Part shown: positions 19,423 to 29,993 of the stretch, piece after piece
How the letters are laid out: every line of letters begins with the position of its first letter
Numbering within the stretch: position 1 is the first letter of the stretch
NCBI GenBank assembly: GCA_029938085.1
Contig: JAPYOS010000001.1
Span: 33,493-97,492 of the forward strand
Origin: Oceanospirillaceae bacterium
GTDB taxonomy: Bacteria; Pseudomonadota; Gammaproteobacteria; Pseudomonadales; Balneatricaceae
DNA: 64,000 bases
Reading direction: 5' to 3'
The notes under the pieces: model-generated
What the model was told of the DNA's origin: nothing
The model's database searches: none
What the model saw: the letters and a program-made list of their open reading frames with translations, nothing else
Made by a program: the position numbers and the translations under genes

Positions 19423-21672
19423 ACGGGTAAGGCCGGCTGCCTTGAGGTGTTCGTGAATGACTTGTTGTACGCCATCGGCACCTATTTGTTGCAACGCTTG
19501 TTGCAACATGGTTTGAGCTTGGCTGAGGCTAAAGTTGCGAATCACCGATTTAACTTTAGGCAAACTGGCCGCGTTCATCGACAAACTGTCGTAGCCCATA
19601 CCCATAAGCAACAATGCGCCAGCAGGATCACCCGCCAGCTCACCACATAAACTCACAGGGATATCCGCCTCTTTGGCGGCTTCCACGACCGATTGCAACG
19701 CCATTAATACCGCAGGGTGCATGGTATGGTACAGGTCAGCCACTCGCGGATTGTCTCGGTCCACCGCCAAAATATACTGCGTTAAGTCGTTACTACCCAC
19801 GGAGATAAAGTCCACCCGCTGGGCGATGTGTTTGGCTTGATACACCGCAGCTGGTACCTCGATCATCACGCCAATAGGCGGACGCACAAGTTGATAACCT
19901 TCTTCACACAGTTCAGCAAAGGCTTGGTCTATCCAACGAATAGATTCATCAATTTCGTTAACATGAGTAATCATGGGCAACATGATGCGCAAATTATCAA
20001 GCCCTACACTGGCCTTCAGCATAGCTCTAATTTGCACTAAGAAAATTTCTGGATGATCCAGCGTTACCCGAATACCACGCCAACCCAAAAACGGGTTATC
20101 TTCTTCAATGGTAAAATAAGGCAAGTTTTTGTCGCCACCAATATCCAAAGTACGCATGGTCACAGGCAGAGGCGCAAAACCTTGTAGTTGAGTACGGTAA
20201 CAATCGGTTTGTTCATCTTCCGACGGAAAATGTTCTTTGATCATAAACGGCACTTCGGTGCGGTAAAGCCCCACCCCTTCTGCACCCTGATCTAATGAGC
20301 GAGATACATCTAACGGCAAGCTGGTATTCACCAACAAAGGCACCGTATGCTGGTCCCGCGTTTGCGCTGGAACATTGCGTAATACTTCGAGTTCTTTGGT
20401 GAACGAGGCTTCCTCGACGATGGCTTGTTCATACTGGCGTCGCAGGTCTTGGCTCGGGTTACGGAATATACGTCCGACATAACCGTCAATCACCACCTCT
20501 TGGCCTTCCATACGCCTATAGGGGAAGTCCACCGCGCCCATCACCGTGGGAATGCCCATAGAGCGCGCGAGTATGGCGGCATGGGAGTTATTGGTACCTA
20601 AGGTCGATACGATGGCTTTGAGCTTATGCGTTGGCACTTCCGCCAACATAGCGGCGGTCACTTCCTCTGCCACCAACACGGTGGAGTCTTCGAAGGTACG
20701 TACTTCAGTATTGGTTTGCTGCAATTCTGCCAGTATACGCCGACCAAGGTCGCGGATATCCGTCGCTCTTTCCCGTAAATAAGGGTCTTCCATGGCTTCA
20801 AATGCACGAATGTGCTGCTGTACCACTTTGCGTAACGCGCCTTGAACCCACTGGCCTTGGCGAATATGCTGAATCACTTCGCCGGCTAGGGCGTTGTCGT
20901 CTAGCATACGCATATACACCTCGAACAATTCGTGTTCTTGGTTTTTTAAGTTACGCGCTAAGGTACGGCTAACAATTTTAATTTTACGTCGCACGGCTTC
21001 TAACGCCGTTTGAAAAGCCTCTACTTCGGCTTCTGGGTTACGACAACGCCGGTCGGGCACTTTATCTAAATCCGCCGGCGGTGCAATCACGGCCACATGG
21101 CCAATCGCCACACCCCCAGAACCACTAACACCTTCGTAATGTAAATCCAGGCTTTCGTCATCGGCCAAAGCATCGTGGCGCAAACCACCGCCAGTGGCTT
21201 CGGCATGGGCGATAAAACCAGCCAACTGGGCCGACAAGGTAATCAGCAAGGCTTCTTCTTCGGTACCAAAATGGCGCTCATCACGTTGCTGCACCACCAA
21301 AATGCCCAGCACTTTGCGGTGATGGATAATCGGTACGCCTAAAAATGAGTTAAACGCTTCTTCACCGGTTTCTTGTACGTAATGAAAGCTGGGGTGTTCG
21401 GCAGCCCGTTTCAAGTTAACAGGTTCTGCTTTGTGCCCCACCAAACCCACCAAACCTTTGCCCGAGGGCAAACAGGCATGGCCAATCGACGCCTGATTGA
21501 GGCCTTCACTGGCCATCAGCACGTAATTGTCGGTTTGTGGAAAGTGTAGATAAATAGAGCACACGTCGGTACGCATGGCTCGCCGAACTTGGTGTACCAC
21601 CAATTTCAGAGCCGATTGCAAATCCTCTGCGGCGCTCACCGCTTGGATTATTTTGCGTAAACTGTGCAACAT
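19396..21672 (-). CDS. ptsP: Phosphoenolpyruvate-protein phosphotransferase EI-Ntr (GAF + enzyme I)
   Basis: N-terminal GAF domain, SHAAILARS phospho-His motif, GVGLYRTE, RTLDIGGDK and SVGSNDLTQY. Confidence 0.97.
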   Translation of the reverse strand: MLHSLRKIIQAVSAAEDLQSALKLVVHQVRRAMRTDVCSIYLHFPQTDNYVLMASEGLNQASIGHACLPSGKGLVGLVGHKAEPVNLKRAAEHPSFHYVQETGEEAFNSFLGVPIIHHRKVLGILVVQQRDERHFGTEEEALLITLSAQLAGFIAHAEATGGGLRHDALADDESLDLHYEGVSGSGGVAIGHVAVIAPPADLDKVPDRRCRNPEAEVEAFQTALEAVRRKIKIVSRTLARNLKNQEHELFEVYMRMLDDNALAGEVIQHIRQGQWVQGALRKVVQQHIRAFEAMEDPYLRERATDIRDLGRRILAELQQTNTEVRTFEDSTVLVAEEVTAAMLAEVPTHKLKAIVSTLGTNNSHAAILARSMGIPTVMGAVDFPYRRMEGQEVVIDGYVGRIFRNPSQDLRRQYEQAIVEEASFTKELEVLRNVPAQTRDQHTVPLLVNTSLPLDVSRSLDQGAEGVGLYRTEVPFMIKEHFPSEDEQTDCYRTQLQGFAPLPVTMRTLDIGGDKNLPYFTIEEDNPFLGWRGIRVTLDHPEIFLVQIRAMLKASVGLDNLRIMLPMITHVNEIDESIRWIDQAFAELCEEGYQLVRPPIGVMIEVPAAVYQAKHIAQRVDFISVGSNDLTQYILAVDRDNPRVADLYHTMHPAVLMALQSVVEAAKEADIPVSLCGELAGDPAGALLLMGMGYDSLSMNAASLPKVKSVIRNFSLSQAQTMLQQALQQIGADGVQQVIHEHLKAAGLTRLHSRYVDD

Positions 21673-21688
21673 TAAACTAATTTCCTAA

Positions 21689-22201
21689 CTAAGGTTGTGG
21701 TGGAGCCAGCACACCATTGTGAAACACCAAACGTGAATGCCGTAAACACAGCTCTTTCATGGCACGGCGATAAACCTCACGTTTAAACGACACCACTTGA
21801 TCCACCGGATACCAATAACTCACCCACTGCCATGCATCAAATTCTGGGCTATCGGTGGTGGCCGTTTGCACTGCTGAATCGGGTGCCAACATACGTAACA
21901 AAAACCATTTTTGTTTTTGGCCAATACATAAAGGCTGTTGGCCCTGGCGTATCATACGTTTAGGTAAACGATAACGTAACCAACCACGCGTACAAGCGAG
22001 CACTTCTACATGCTCTGGCAGCAAGCCAATCTCTTCTTTTAATTCCCTAAATAAGGCTTCTTCTGGCGTTTCATGAGCGTCAATGCCCCCTTGAGGAAAT
22101 TGCCACGCATCCCAGCCCAAACGTTTAGCCCATAACACTTGGCCATGGGAGTTTGCCAGAATAATGCCTACATTGGGGCGAAAACCATCTTTATCGATCA
22201 C
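21689..22201 (-). CDS. rppH: RNA pyrophosphohydrolase (Nudix)
   Basis: Start set at GTG 22201 ([12 protein letters not shown]; track start 22303). Nudix box WQFPQGG...[11 protein letters not shown] and GQKQKWF. Confidence 0.96.
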   Translation of the reverse strand: MIDKDGFRPNVGIILANSHGQVLWAKRLGWDAWQFPQGGIDAHETPEEALFRELKEEIGLLPEHVEVLACTRGWLRYRLPKRMIRQGQQPLCIGQKQKWFLLRMLAPDSAVQTATTDSPEFDAWQWVSYWYPVDQVVSFKREVYRRAMKELCLRHSRLVFHNGVLAPPQP

Positions 22202-22320
22202 GGCTTTGCACCATACAAAATATATTTGTGCCCATTGTTCCACAAAACAGCAGGCAACAACAACCACAGATGAAAATGAGCTAAAATAATGCTTTATAAG
22301 CAATTATCTTAGGATTAACC

Positions 22321-22980
22321 ATGCCATCAAGACTCGCCTTATTTGATTTAGACAACACCTTATTGGCCGGTGACAGCGATCACGGCTGGGGTGAGTTTAT
22401 GGTGCAGCAAGGGTTAGTAGACGCAGCCGACTATGGCGCTAAGAATGACGTCTTCTATGCAGATTATCTCGCCGGCAGTTTGGACATGGTGGCCTACGCC
22501 GAGTTTGCTTTGGCGCCACTGACGCAGTACAGCGCCCAAGAGTTAAACGATATTCATAAGCAGTTCATGCAAACCACGGTCATTCCCATGATTGCGCCCA
22601 AGACCCAAGCCTTGTTACAAAAGCACCGTGAGGCAGGTGATGTACTGGTCATTATCACCGCCACTAACGATTTTATAACCGGGCCGATTGCCGCCCACTT
22701 GGAGATTCCCCACCTCATCGCCACACCTACAGAATGTATTGATGGCCGTTATACTGGCAAACTCAGCGGTTCACCCTGCTTTAAGGCGGGCAAAATAGAT
22801 AAGCTCAAGGCATGGATGAGCCAGCAGGGGTACACTATTGAAGGCGCCTGTTTTTATAGTGACTCCCACAATGACTTGCCTCTGCTAGAGCTCGTAGACG
22901 AGCCTATTGCGGTAGACCCAGACGCACAACTGGAAGCCCGTGCACTGGTCAAGGGCTGGCCAGTGCTGAGCTTACGTTAG
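22321..22980 (+). CDS. HAD-IB family hydrolase (SerB-like)
   Basis: LFDLDNTL motif I, ITAT and YSDSHNDLPLL. Confidence 0.88.
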   Translation: MPSRLALFDLDNTLLAGDSDHGWGEFMVQQGLVDAADYGAKNDVFYADYLAGSLDMVAYAEFALAPLTQYSAQELNDIHKQFMQTTVIPMIAPKTQALLQKHREAGDVLVIITATNDFITGPIAAHLEIPHLIATPTECIDGRYTGKLSGSPCFKAGKIDKLKAWMSQQGYTIEGACFYSDSHNDLPLLELVDEPIAVDPDAQLEARALVKGWPVLSLR

Positions 22981-24167
22981 TCTTCGTACCAAGTGCGCAG
23001 AATAACAGACTTAAGGTAATCTGTTTCGGGAATAGCGGGGTGTATAGGGTGATCGCCACCCTGACCGCCTTGCTCCAAAACTTGCCCGTTACGGCCATTT
23101 TTACGACACGCTTCCTGCAATAACTGAGTCAGGCGTGTACGTTCCAAATGCATGGAGCATGAGGCAGACACCAGAATGCCTTCGGGCGTGAGCAAGCGCA
23201 TGGCCAGTTGGTTGGCGCGTTGATAGGCTAATTCACCGGCCTTAATGTCTTTGCGTCGGGCAATAAATGCGGGTGGATCTATAATCACCACATCGAACCG
23301 CTCGCCGTCTTCATGCAATTGTTTCATGGCCGCAAAGGCATCGCCTTTTAAACTGTGCACTTTGTCGGCCACACCATTTAATTCGGCTTGTTGATGCACC
23401 AAATCCAACGCCGGAGCAGACGCATCCACACAGATCACTTCTTTAGCACCCGCTGCTGCAGCCTGAATACCCCAGCCACCAATGTAACTAAAAATGTCGA
23501 GCACGCGTTTACCCGCAGACAGTTTTTGCACCCGACGACGATTTAATCGATGGTCGTAAAACCAACCGGTTTTTTGGCCGTCCCATACTGGGGCTAAGAA
23601 ACTCACGCCATTTTCTTTTAGCGGCACAAGCTTTGGAACATCACCTTGAGCTACTCGCACATACTCATCTAGGCCTTCAATAGCGCGCATTTTGCCGTCA
23701 TTCTTGAGCAAAATATTCAGCTCAGGGAGCAACTCATTAATCGCCGCCAACAAGGCTTCTAATAACAATTCAATGCCAGCATTAGACACTTGTACCACAA
23801 TCACGTCGCCAAAACGGTCAATCACCAATCCCGGCAACCCGTCACTGTCACCATAAACCCAACGATAACAGTGGTCGTCAAACAAGGCTTCTCGGCTAGC
23901 CAAGGCTGATTTTAAGCGGCTTTTTAAACGCTCCTGAGTTAACGGCTGGCCTGCTTTTCGGCTCACCAAACGGCCACAGATCAACTGCTTAGGGTTGATG
24001 ATTGCGGTACCTAAGGGTTTACCTTTGGCGTCCAACACATCCACCTGCTCACCTGCTACAAAACTCTGCAGTGGTGACTTGCCAACGTCAACTTCGTTAC
24101 TATAAATCCACAAGTGGCCCTGGCGTAGGCGACGGTCGGATTTGGCTTTAAGAATTAAATTAGGCAT
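22977..24167 (-). CDS. rlmI: RlmI/RlmK-family class I SAM-dependent rRNA methyltransferase
   Basis: PUA-like N-terminus GHLWIYSNE, DGLPGLVIDRFG, GQKTGWFYDHR and IDPPAF. Confidence 0.85.
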   Translation of the reverse strand: MPNLILKAKSDRRLRQGHLWIYSNEVDVGKSPLQSFVAGEQVDVLDAKGKPLGTAIINPKQLICGRLVSRKAGQPLTQERLKSRLKSALASREALFDDHCYRWVYGDSDGLPGLVIDRFGDVIVVQVSNAGIELLLEALLAAINELLPELNILLKNDGKMRAIEGLDEYVRVAQGDVPKLVPLKENGVSFLAPVWDGQKTGWFYDHRLNRRRVQKLSAGKRVLDIFSYIGGWGIQAAAAGAKEVICVDASAPALDLVHQQAELNGVADKVHSLKGDAFAAMKQLHEDGERFDVVIIDPPAFIARRKDIKAGELAYQRANQLAMRLLTPEGILVSASCSMHLERTRLTQLLQEACRKNGRNGQVLEQGGQGGDHPIHPAIPETDYLKSVILRTWYED

Positions 24168-24557
24168 TTATTCGTCGTCACATAAAGCGCTGTAGGCATC
24201 CGCATCGAGCAAGCCTTCCAACTCTGTAACATTGCTTAGACGTATCTTTAACAGCCATGCATCGCCGTATGGGTCCGTGTTAACCAACTCTGGGTCATCA
24301 TCCAACTGTTCGTTCACTTCGATGACTTCGCCTGACACGGGGGCAAACAAATCAGAGGCGGCTTTGACCGATTCAATGACGCCAAATTCATCTTCTGATG
24401 CAAGCTCTGCACCTACCTCTGGCAGCTCAACAAATACCACGTCACCAAGCTGCTCTTGAGCGAAATCGGTCACACCAATAGTAACGGTGCCATCACCTTC
24501 ATTGCGGATCCATTCGTGGCTAGCTACATAGTGCAAACCTTGGGGTAAAGTGCTCAT
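24168..24557 (-). CDS. gcvH: Glycine cleavage system H protein
   Basis: [23 protein letters not shown] and lipoyl-Lys motif ESVKAASD. Confidence 0.96.
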   Translation of the reverse strand: MSTLPQGLHYVASHEWIRNEGDGTVTIGVTDFAQEQLGDVVFVELPEVGAELASEDEFGVIESVKAASDLFAPVSGEVIEVNEQLDDDPELVNTDPYGDAWLLKIRLSNVTELEGLLDADAYSALCDDE

Positions 24558-24588
24558 TGTTTATTCCTTATTGCTGATACTTGAGGGG

Positions 24589-25836
24589 TTATGAGGTTTT
24601 TGGCGCTTGAGATAAAGGCGGCAGGTGTGGCCCTACACCCATGGCCTGTTGCGCTAAATGTTGTTTAATAGGGCTGAGTTTTTGCACCCAATTCATACCG
24701 GTGTTGCGCACTAAACTCAGCAGTGGATGCTGGTTGCCAAATAAACGGGCAAAACTTTCCATCAGTGCCATCATTCGTAGGTTATCGCTACGCCTTAACT
24801 GCTGGTATTTTTCTAACACCGGTAAGCTGGCTAGGTCTTGGCCGTCGTGGCGGGCTTGTTCTAAAGTGAGTACCAACGCGGCCACGTCTAACAAACCTAA
24901 ATTGACACCTTGGCCCGCGAGCGGGTGAATAGTATGGGCCGCATCCCCCACCAGCACCAAACCGGGTTGTACATAGCGTTTGGCATGACGCTGACGCAAG
25001 GCAATAACATGTCGTGGGTCGGTGGCTAATACCGGCCCTAGCTTGCCCTCAAAAGCGGCACTCAAGGCTTGGCAAAACTCATCTTCTGGCAATGCCTGCA
25101 TGGCCTGCGCCGCCGCCTGAGGTTGCGACCACACAATTGAACAATAGTGCGCTTGAAGGTCTGTATCTGGGCTGGATAACGGCAAAAATGCCAAAATACC
25201 GTTTTCAGTAAAGCGCTGCCAAGCCGTGTTAGCATGATCTTGAGTGACTTTAACTCGGGTCACTAAGGCATGGTGTGGGTAATCCCACTCCCGTGTTGGC
25301 AACCCAGCTAACTGACGTATTTTTGAGTTGGCACCGTCGGCTCCTACCACCACATCGGCGGTGATTTGTTCACCACCAGCCAAACTTAAACGCCGTGGCG
25401 TAATATCTTGGGGACTCATATCAACAATTTTTGTTTGCTCAAACAAGGTGTAGTTCTTGTGCGCTAAGCATTGGTGCAAGGCACTAGTAATGGTGCGATT
25501 TTCTAGAATATGACCCAAGTAAGGCAAGTGCTGTTCGGCTGCGGTAAATTCCAACTCACCGGTACCGCAACCATCCCACACCTGCATGGCTTGGTATGGC
25601 TGTAGTCGCTGCATAGACTCAATCAGTGGCCACGCGCCTAAATGAGTTAACAGGTTCTGTGACGCCAAACTCAAGGCCGAAACTCGGGGATCGACGTCAT
25701 TTTTTGGCCAGTCACGGGTGCAATCGAGCTGGCCGGCTTCCACTAACGCCACCTTAAACCCGGCATCCACCAAACCACAGGTAAGGCTCGCCCCCACCAT
25801 ACCAGCGCCCACCACTACAATGTCGAAATGACTCAT
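24589..25836 (-). CDS. ubiI: UbiH/UbiF/VisC family FAD-dependent hydroxylase (UbiI/VisC position)
   Basis: GAGMVG, DPRVSALS, GADGANS and GDAAHTIHPLAGQGVNLG. Lies directly downstream of ubiH. Confidence 0.8.
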   Translation of the reverse strand: MSHFDIVVVGAGMVGASLTCGLVDAGFKVALVEAGQLDCTRDWPKNDVDPRVSALSLASQNLLTHLGAWPLIESMQRLQPYQAMQVWDGCGTGELEFTAAEQHLPYLGHILENRTITSALHQCLAHKNYTLFEQTKIVDMSPQDITPRRLSLAGGEQITADVVVGADGANSKIRQLAGLPTREWDYPHHALVTRVKVTQDHANTAWQRFTENGILAFLPLSSPDTDLQAHYCSIVWSQPQAAAQAMQALPEDEFCQALSAAFEGKLGPVLATDPRHVIALRQRHAKRYVQPGLVLVGDAAHTIHPLAGQGVNLGLLDVAALVLTLEQARHDGQDLASLPVLEKYQQLRRSDNLRMMALMESFARLFGNQHPLLSLVRNTGMNWVQKLSPIKQHLAQQAMGVGPHLPPLSQAPKTS

Positions 25837-27149
25837 GTCACACGCTCAGTAGCCACCGTAGGGGCAGGCATAGGCAACACTTGGGCTAAGGGTACATCAA
25901 GTCCCATGGCGGCACGGGTAAATACCGTTTTCACCAACGGCACTTGTTGCATGGTGAGCAAACCTAATTGGCGCACTATCGAATAGTGGGGTTTGCGACT
26001 AGAAAACAGCTTCATGACTTTATCGCTGGCACCAATGACACGGTTTTGATCCCATTGACTGGCCTCAACAAACTGATTGAGGTTAGCTAAATCACCTAAC
26101 GGCAGGCCGCTTTTACAGGCTCTTAAAACAGTTTCTGCCAAGGCAAAGCTGCCTCTCAAAGCCAGGTTAAAACCCTGCCCCGCGATGGGATGCAAGGTAT
26201 GAGCTGCGTTACCAATAACCGCCATGCCCTGACGAGCCTGTTCTTGAGCCACACTCATACTTAAGGGATACACTTGGCGATCGCCAATAGCGCGTAATTC
26301 GCCCATTGGATAACCCACCTGCTGCTGAATTTCTTGCAACAGCTCGGCATCGCTCATCTGCTCTAATTGTTGCTGCCGCGCTAACGGCTGAGTCCACACT
26401 AAGGCCACCCGGTGACGGCTGCCTGGATCGCTCATGTGATCAATCAAGGGCAACAAAGCCACGGGGCCAGATGCGGTAAATCGCTCGCATGCCAAACCTT
26501 GGTGTGGTTGCTCCAGCTCAAGGTTAGCCACCAAGGCCACTTGATCATAACTATGGACCCGATCAAACATACCTAACTGTTGGCGTAATTGAGAGCGGCC
26601 ACCGTCGGCCATAACAATAAGCTCTGCGGTAAGGGTGATTGGCGGCGCCGTATCGCCAGCCGTTTGACGTTGATAAATCAACTGACTGTGCTGGCGCGCG
26701 TTGTCGATGGACACCACTTGGGCTTGATCAATCAAATCCACAAACCCACTACAGCGTTGCTGTATTTGCTGCAAAAAAACGTGCCCTAAGGCCTGATTCT
26801 GAATCACGTAACCCAAGGCTTCACGCTGCATGCTGCTAGCTTGCATATCACTCTTCCAAGGCTGGCCTTGATCACTAACCTGAATATTACTAATGGCTTG
26901 AGCATGTTCGCTCAGGTGCTGCCACAAACCAATACTGTGTAATAAATTGCGGCTGCCGTATGCCAACGCCGTCGCTCGACCATCCAATACACCACCAGCT
27001 GTAGGTGTTGTTCCTTCAATTTTAGCGGCGTCCAATATAGCAATTTTTAAGCCATAGGTTTGAGCAATACCCGCCACCGCCAAACACAAACTCGCGCCGA
27101 CTAAGCCGCCACCTACAATCACTATGTCGTAGCCTTGATTTACTGTCAT
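25833..27149 (-). CDS. ubiH: 2-octaprenyl-6-methoxyphenol hydroxylase
   Basis: GGGLVG, DGRATALAYGS and GNAAHTLHPIAGQGFNL. Follows pepP. Confidence 0.9.
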   Translation of the reverse strand: MTVNQGYDIVIVGGGLVGASLCLAVAGIAQTYGLKIAILDAAKIEGTTPTAGGVLDGRATALAYGSRNLLHSIGLWQHLSEHAQAISNIQVSDQGQPWKSDMQASSMQREALGYVIQNQALGHVFLQQIQQRCSGFVDLIDQAQVVSIDNARQHSQLIYQRQTAGDTAPPITLTAELIVMADGGRSQLRQQLGMFDRVHSYDQVALVANLELEQPHQGLACERFTASGPVALLPLIDHMSDPGSRHRVALVWTQPLARQQQLEQMSDAELLQEIQQQVGYPMGELRAIGDRQVYPLSMSVAQEQARQGMAVIGNAAHTLHPIAGQGFNLALRGSFALAETVLRACKSGLPLGDLANLNQFVEASQWDQNRVIGASDKVMKLFSSRKPHYSIVRQLGLLTMQQVPLVKTVFTRAAMGLDVPLAQVLPMPAPTVATERVT

Positions 27150-28462
27150 GCGCAGGCCATCAGCGCTTCAATGTCGGCCACGGTCACGGGCAAGGCTTGG
27201 GTTAAGTTAAGGTAGCCGTCTGGCGTGACTAATATATTGTCTTCAATACGCACACCAATACCACGCCACTGCGGGTCAATGGTTTCATCTTCAGGGTCAA
27301 TGTAAAGGCCCGGCTCTACGGTGGTCACCATACCGACTTCTAACGGCCGCGATTCACCGTCGAGTTTATAAATGCCAACATCATGCACGTCCATACCTAA
27401 CCAGTGGCCAATGTTGTGCATGTAATATTTACGATAGCTTTGGTCGTCTATGTTTTTATCAACAGTGCCTTCTAGCAGCCCCAAATCCAGCAAACCTTGG
27501 GTCATCACCGTTACTGCTGCATCTTGCATTGCGCTAAACGGCGTGCCTGGTTTAATCACCGCTAGGGCCGCTTGATGAGCCGCTAACACCAACTCATAAA
27601 TGGCCTTTTGTGGCGCTGTAAATCGACCATTGACGGGGAAGGTACGGGTAATATCCGCGGCATAATGGTCTAATTCACAACCCGCATCAATGAGCACTAG
27701 ATCGTTGTCTTGCAAGGTTTGGTCATTATTGGTGTAGTGCAAAATACAGGCATTCTCACCGCCGGCAACAATAGAGCCATAGGCCACCCGCGCACTACCT
27801 TGCACAGCAAACTTATAATGCACTTCTGCAGCCAGTTGGTATTCGTTCATGCCAACCTTGCACACGCTCATGGCCCGCTTGTGGGCGGCCACGCTAATGT
27901 CACAAGCGGCCTGCATTTGGGCCACCTCGGCATCGGACTTGAGCAGACGCATCGCGTCTAGCAAAGGGTCTAAATCGGCTAAATGAGTGGGACATTGCTT
28001 GCCCTGTCGGCTCAGACCGCGCAACTGCTGCAAGCTACGCTGCACCAACTGCTGAGTATCTTCGCGGCTAAAACAATAGAGCATTTGGCTGGCGCCATCT
28101 AATAATTCAATCAGCTTTTCTGCCAAGCTATCAATAGCAAAAGCTTGATCAATATTGAGCGCTGCAGGCGCGGCCTCTACACCTAAACGGCGACCATGCC
28201 AAATTTCTTGTAACTTATCTTTGCTGCGGCAAAACACGCTACTGACAGGGCCCTTAGCATGGTTGCAAAGTACTAATACGGCGTCTGACTCTAAAAAACC
28301 ACATAGGTATTGAAAGTTGCTGTTTTGACGGTAGTCTTGCTCCACATCGCCGTTACGGATTTGGCTAGCCGCAGCTTGGATCAACACCACTGCACCCGCG
28401 GGTAATTGGGCCAGCAATTGTTGCCGGCGTTGAGCATACTCAGCGTTTGGAAGTTTAAGCAT
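27146..28462 (-). CDS. pepP: Xaa-Pro aminopeptidase
   Basis: ENACILHY, LIDAGCE, ADITRTFP, HWLGMDVHD, TVEPGLY and GVRIED. Confidence 0.96.
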   Translation of the reverse strand: MLKLPNAEYAQRRQQLLAQLPAGAVVLIQAAASQIRNGDVEQDYRQNSNFQYLCGFLESDAVLVLCNHAKGPVSSVFCRSKDKLQEIWHGRRLGVEAAPAALNIDQAFAIDSLAEKLIELLDGASQMLYCFSREDTQQLVQRSLQQLRGLSRQGKQCPTHLADLDPLLDAMRLLKSDAEVAQMQAACDISVAAHKRAMSVCKVGMNEYQLAAEVHYKFAVQGSARVAYGSIVAGGENACILHYTNNDQTLQDNDLVLIDAGCELDHYAADITRTFPVNGRFTAPQKAIYELVLAAHQAALAVIKPGTPFSAMQDAAVTVMTQGLLDLGLLEGTVDKNIDDQSYRKYYMHNIGHWLGMDVHDVGIYKLDGESRPLEVGMVTTVEPGLYIDPEDETIDPQWRGIGVRIEDNILVTPDGYLNLTQALPVTVADIEALMACA

Positions 28463-28473
28463 AATGCGTGCCT

Positions 28474-29079
28474 TTAATGCAGTTGGCTGGGTTGCGTATG
28501 TGGCTGTTCGTCGGCCGCTAAATTGAACTCAGAAAACACCATCATAGCAGCCAAACGCACATATTCCACCAGCTCTATGTAGCTAGTTTCTGCACTATCT
28601 GCGGCTTCATCTTCATCACTATCATCGGCATCAAAAGACACTTGAGCGATATTAGCCAAGTCTTCCATGGAGTCGGTAATTTCGCTCGACAGTTTTTGTT
28701 TAGTACGATCAAAACCTAAGCCAAAACCACTCAAGAAGCCACTACACCAAGCCCCCAATGATTCAGATCTGGCGGCTAGCTCCGTGTCATCTTCTGGCAA
28801 TAACAACTGAAAACCAAAGTCGGCCTGTTGCAGCTGTGCTAAAGCAATGTCGTATAAACCCACTAATTCGGCTTTGTCATCATCATCTTCGACCTCTTGC
28901 ACATCCAAATGGGCCACCACCATGGCAAGCCAGGCTTCGGCGTCGGCACGAATGCCAGCGGCTAATTGTCCGGTCAACAGTCCGTGCAATTCCGAGGGTG
29001 AACCAAAGGCACCAAGCTCTACAAACATGTCGGCAAAGTCATCAAATATATAGTTTATCTTGGGCTTGGTGTCGGTCAT
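28474..29079 (-). CDS. UPF0149 family protein (YgfB-like)
   Basis: SPSELHGLLTG, WCSGFLSGFG and ELVEYVRLA. Conserved position upstream of pepP. Start set at ATG 29079. Confidence 0.88.
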   Translation of the reverse strand: MTDTKPKINYIFDDFADMFVELGAFGSPSELHGLLTGQLAAGIRADAEAWLAMVVAHLDVQEVEDDDDKAELVGLYDIALAQLQQADFGFQLLLPEDDTELAARSESLGAWCSGFLSGFGLGFDRTKQKLSSEITDSMEDLANIAQVSFDADDSDEDEAADSAETSYIELVEYVRLAAMMVFSEFNLAADEQPHTQPSQLH

Positions 29080-29217
29080 TGATGTCGCTCGCAAAGCTAA
29101 TAAATAGGTTAATAAGCCTGCTATTATACCTGAGATAACGGCATTCTCTAGGCTTTTGCTCAGGGTAACTAGACAGGGGCGTAATTTACTATAAAATTAG
29201 TAGCCTTAACTTCTCCG

Positions 29218-29487
29218 ATGCAGGCCATCATGTCGACAATCAATTCAGTGGTGCACCATACTGACCAGCTACTCACCCAGCATCGTCAGCTACAAATGAG
29301 CCACACTCAGCTACAAGCACGTATTGCCGAGCTGGAGCACCAGCTCGCTCAGCAACAACAAATCGCCGACACGCTTGCGCAATCTAACGATCAAGTCGGA
29401 CAACAAGAAATGCAGCAAGCCATAGAAGCAGACTTAACCAACCTGATTGGTTTATTTGACAAGGCAGAGGTGTCCGACCATGAGTAA
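29218..29487 (+). CDS. Small Gln-rich coiled-coil protein upstream of zapA (ZapB-like position)
   Basis: 89 aa with heptad-like LQARIAELEHQL. Its stop overlaps the zapA ATG. No family was recognised with certainty. Confidence 0.6.
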   Translation: MQAIMSTINSVVHHTDQLLTQHRQLQMSHTQLQARIAELEHQLAQQQQIADTLAQSNDQVGQQEMQQAIEADLTNLIGLFDKAEVSDHE

Positions 29488-29758
29488 ACCACAAGCGGTA
29501 CAAGTGTCCATCTTGGAACAACACTACACCCTCACTTGCCCAGCAGGCAAAGAAGCGGCCCTTAAGCAAGCCGCCACCAATTTGGATTTGAAATTGCGCG
29601 ATATTAAGGCCTCGGGCCGAGTTATGGGTTTAGAGCGTATGGCGGTGATGGCAGCGCTCAACATGAGTGCCGAATTACTCGACTGTAAAGCACAATTGCA
29701 GACCTTAGAAATAGCCATGCAACAATTGGATCAGCGCCTGATTGCCGCGCTGGATTAA
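29480..29758 (+). CDS. zapA: Cell division protein ZapA
   Basis: Start at ATG 29480 (MSKPQAVQVSILEQHYTLTCP), then LKQAA..LD and GLERMAVMAALN. Precedes 6S RNA. Confidence 0.92.
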   Translation: MSKPQAVQVSILEQHYTLTCPAGKEAALKQAATNLDLKLRDIKASGRVMGLERMAVMAALNMSAELLDCKAQLQTLEIAMQQLDQRLIAALD

Positions 29759-29816
29759 TAGCCCGTTACAAACTTTTTGTTCCATTCTTTAAAACACAGG
29801 CATATACTAGCCGTAA

Positions 29817-29993
29817 GACTCCCTGTGGTGCCCGGCATTCGATAACGTCCTTGAGCCGATTTACTTATACAGGGTGCTTCTCGCTTATGCTCTGTGCACG
29901 TCCGCTCGTCGGAACGCCTTCCGCCTAATCAGGAGCGTCCACCTTGAACCTCCGGGTTCAGGGCAGCCATTGGAACCGACACCTTGGGGAGTC
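29817..29993 (+). ncRNA. ssrS: 6S RNA
   Basis: The termini GACTCCC and GGGAGTC pair. Conserved segments GTCCTTGAGCCGAT and CCACCTTGAACC...GGTTCAGGG are present. Lies directly downstream of zapA with TATACT at 29803-29808. Ends are approximate. Confidence 0.9.

Noticed and set aside
22202-22303. Long N-terminal extension of RppH in the ORF track
   Set aside because: The conserved start is (M/V)[11 protein letters not shown] at 22201. The upstream frame is probably just open leader.
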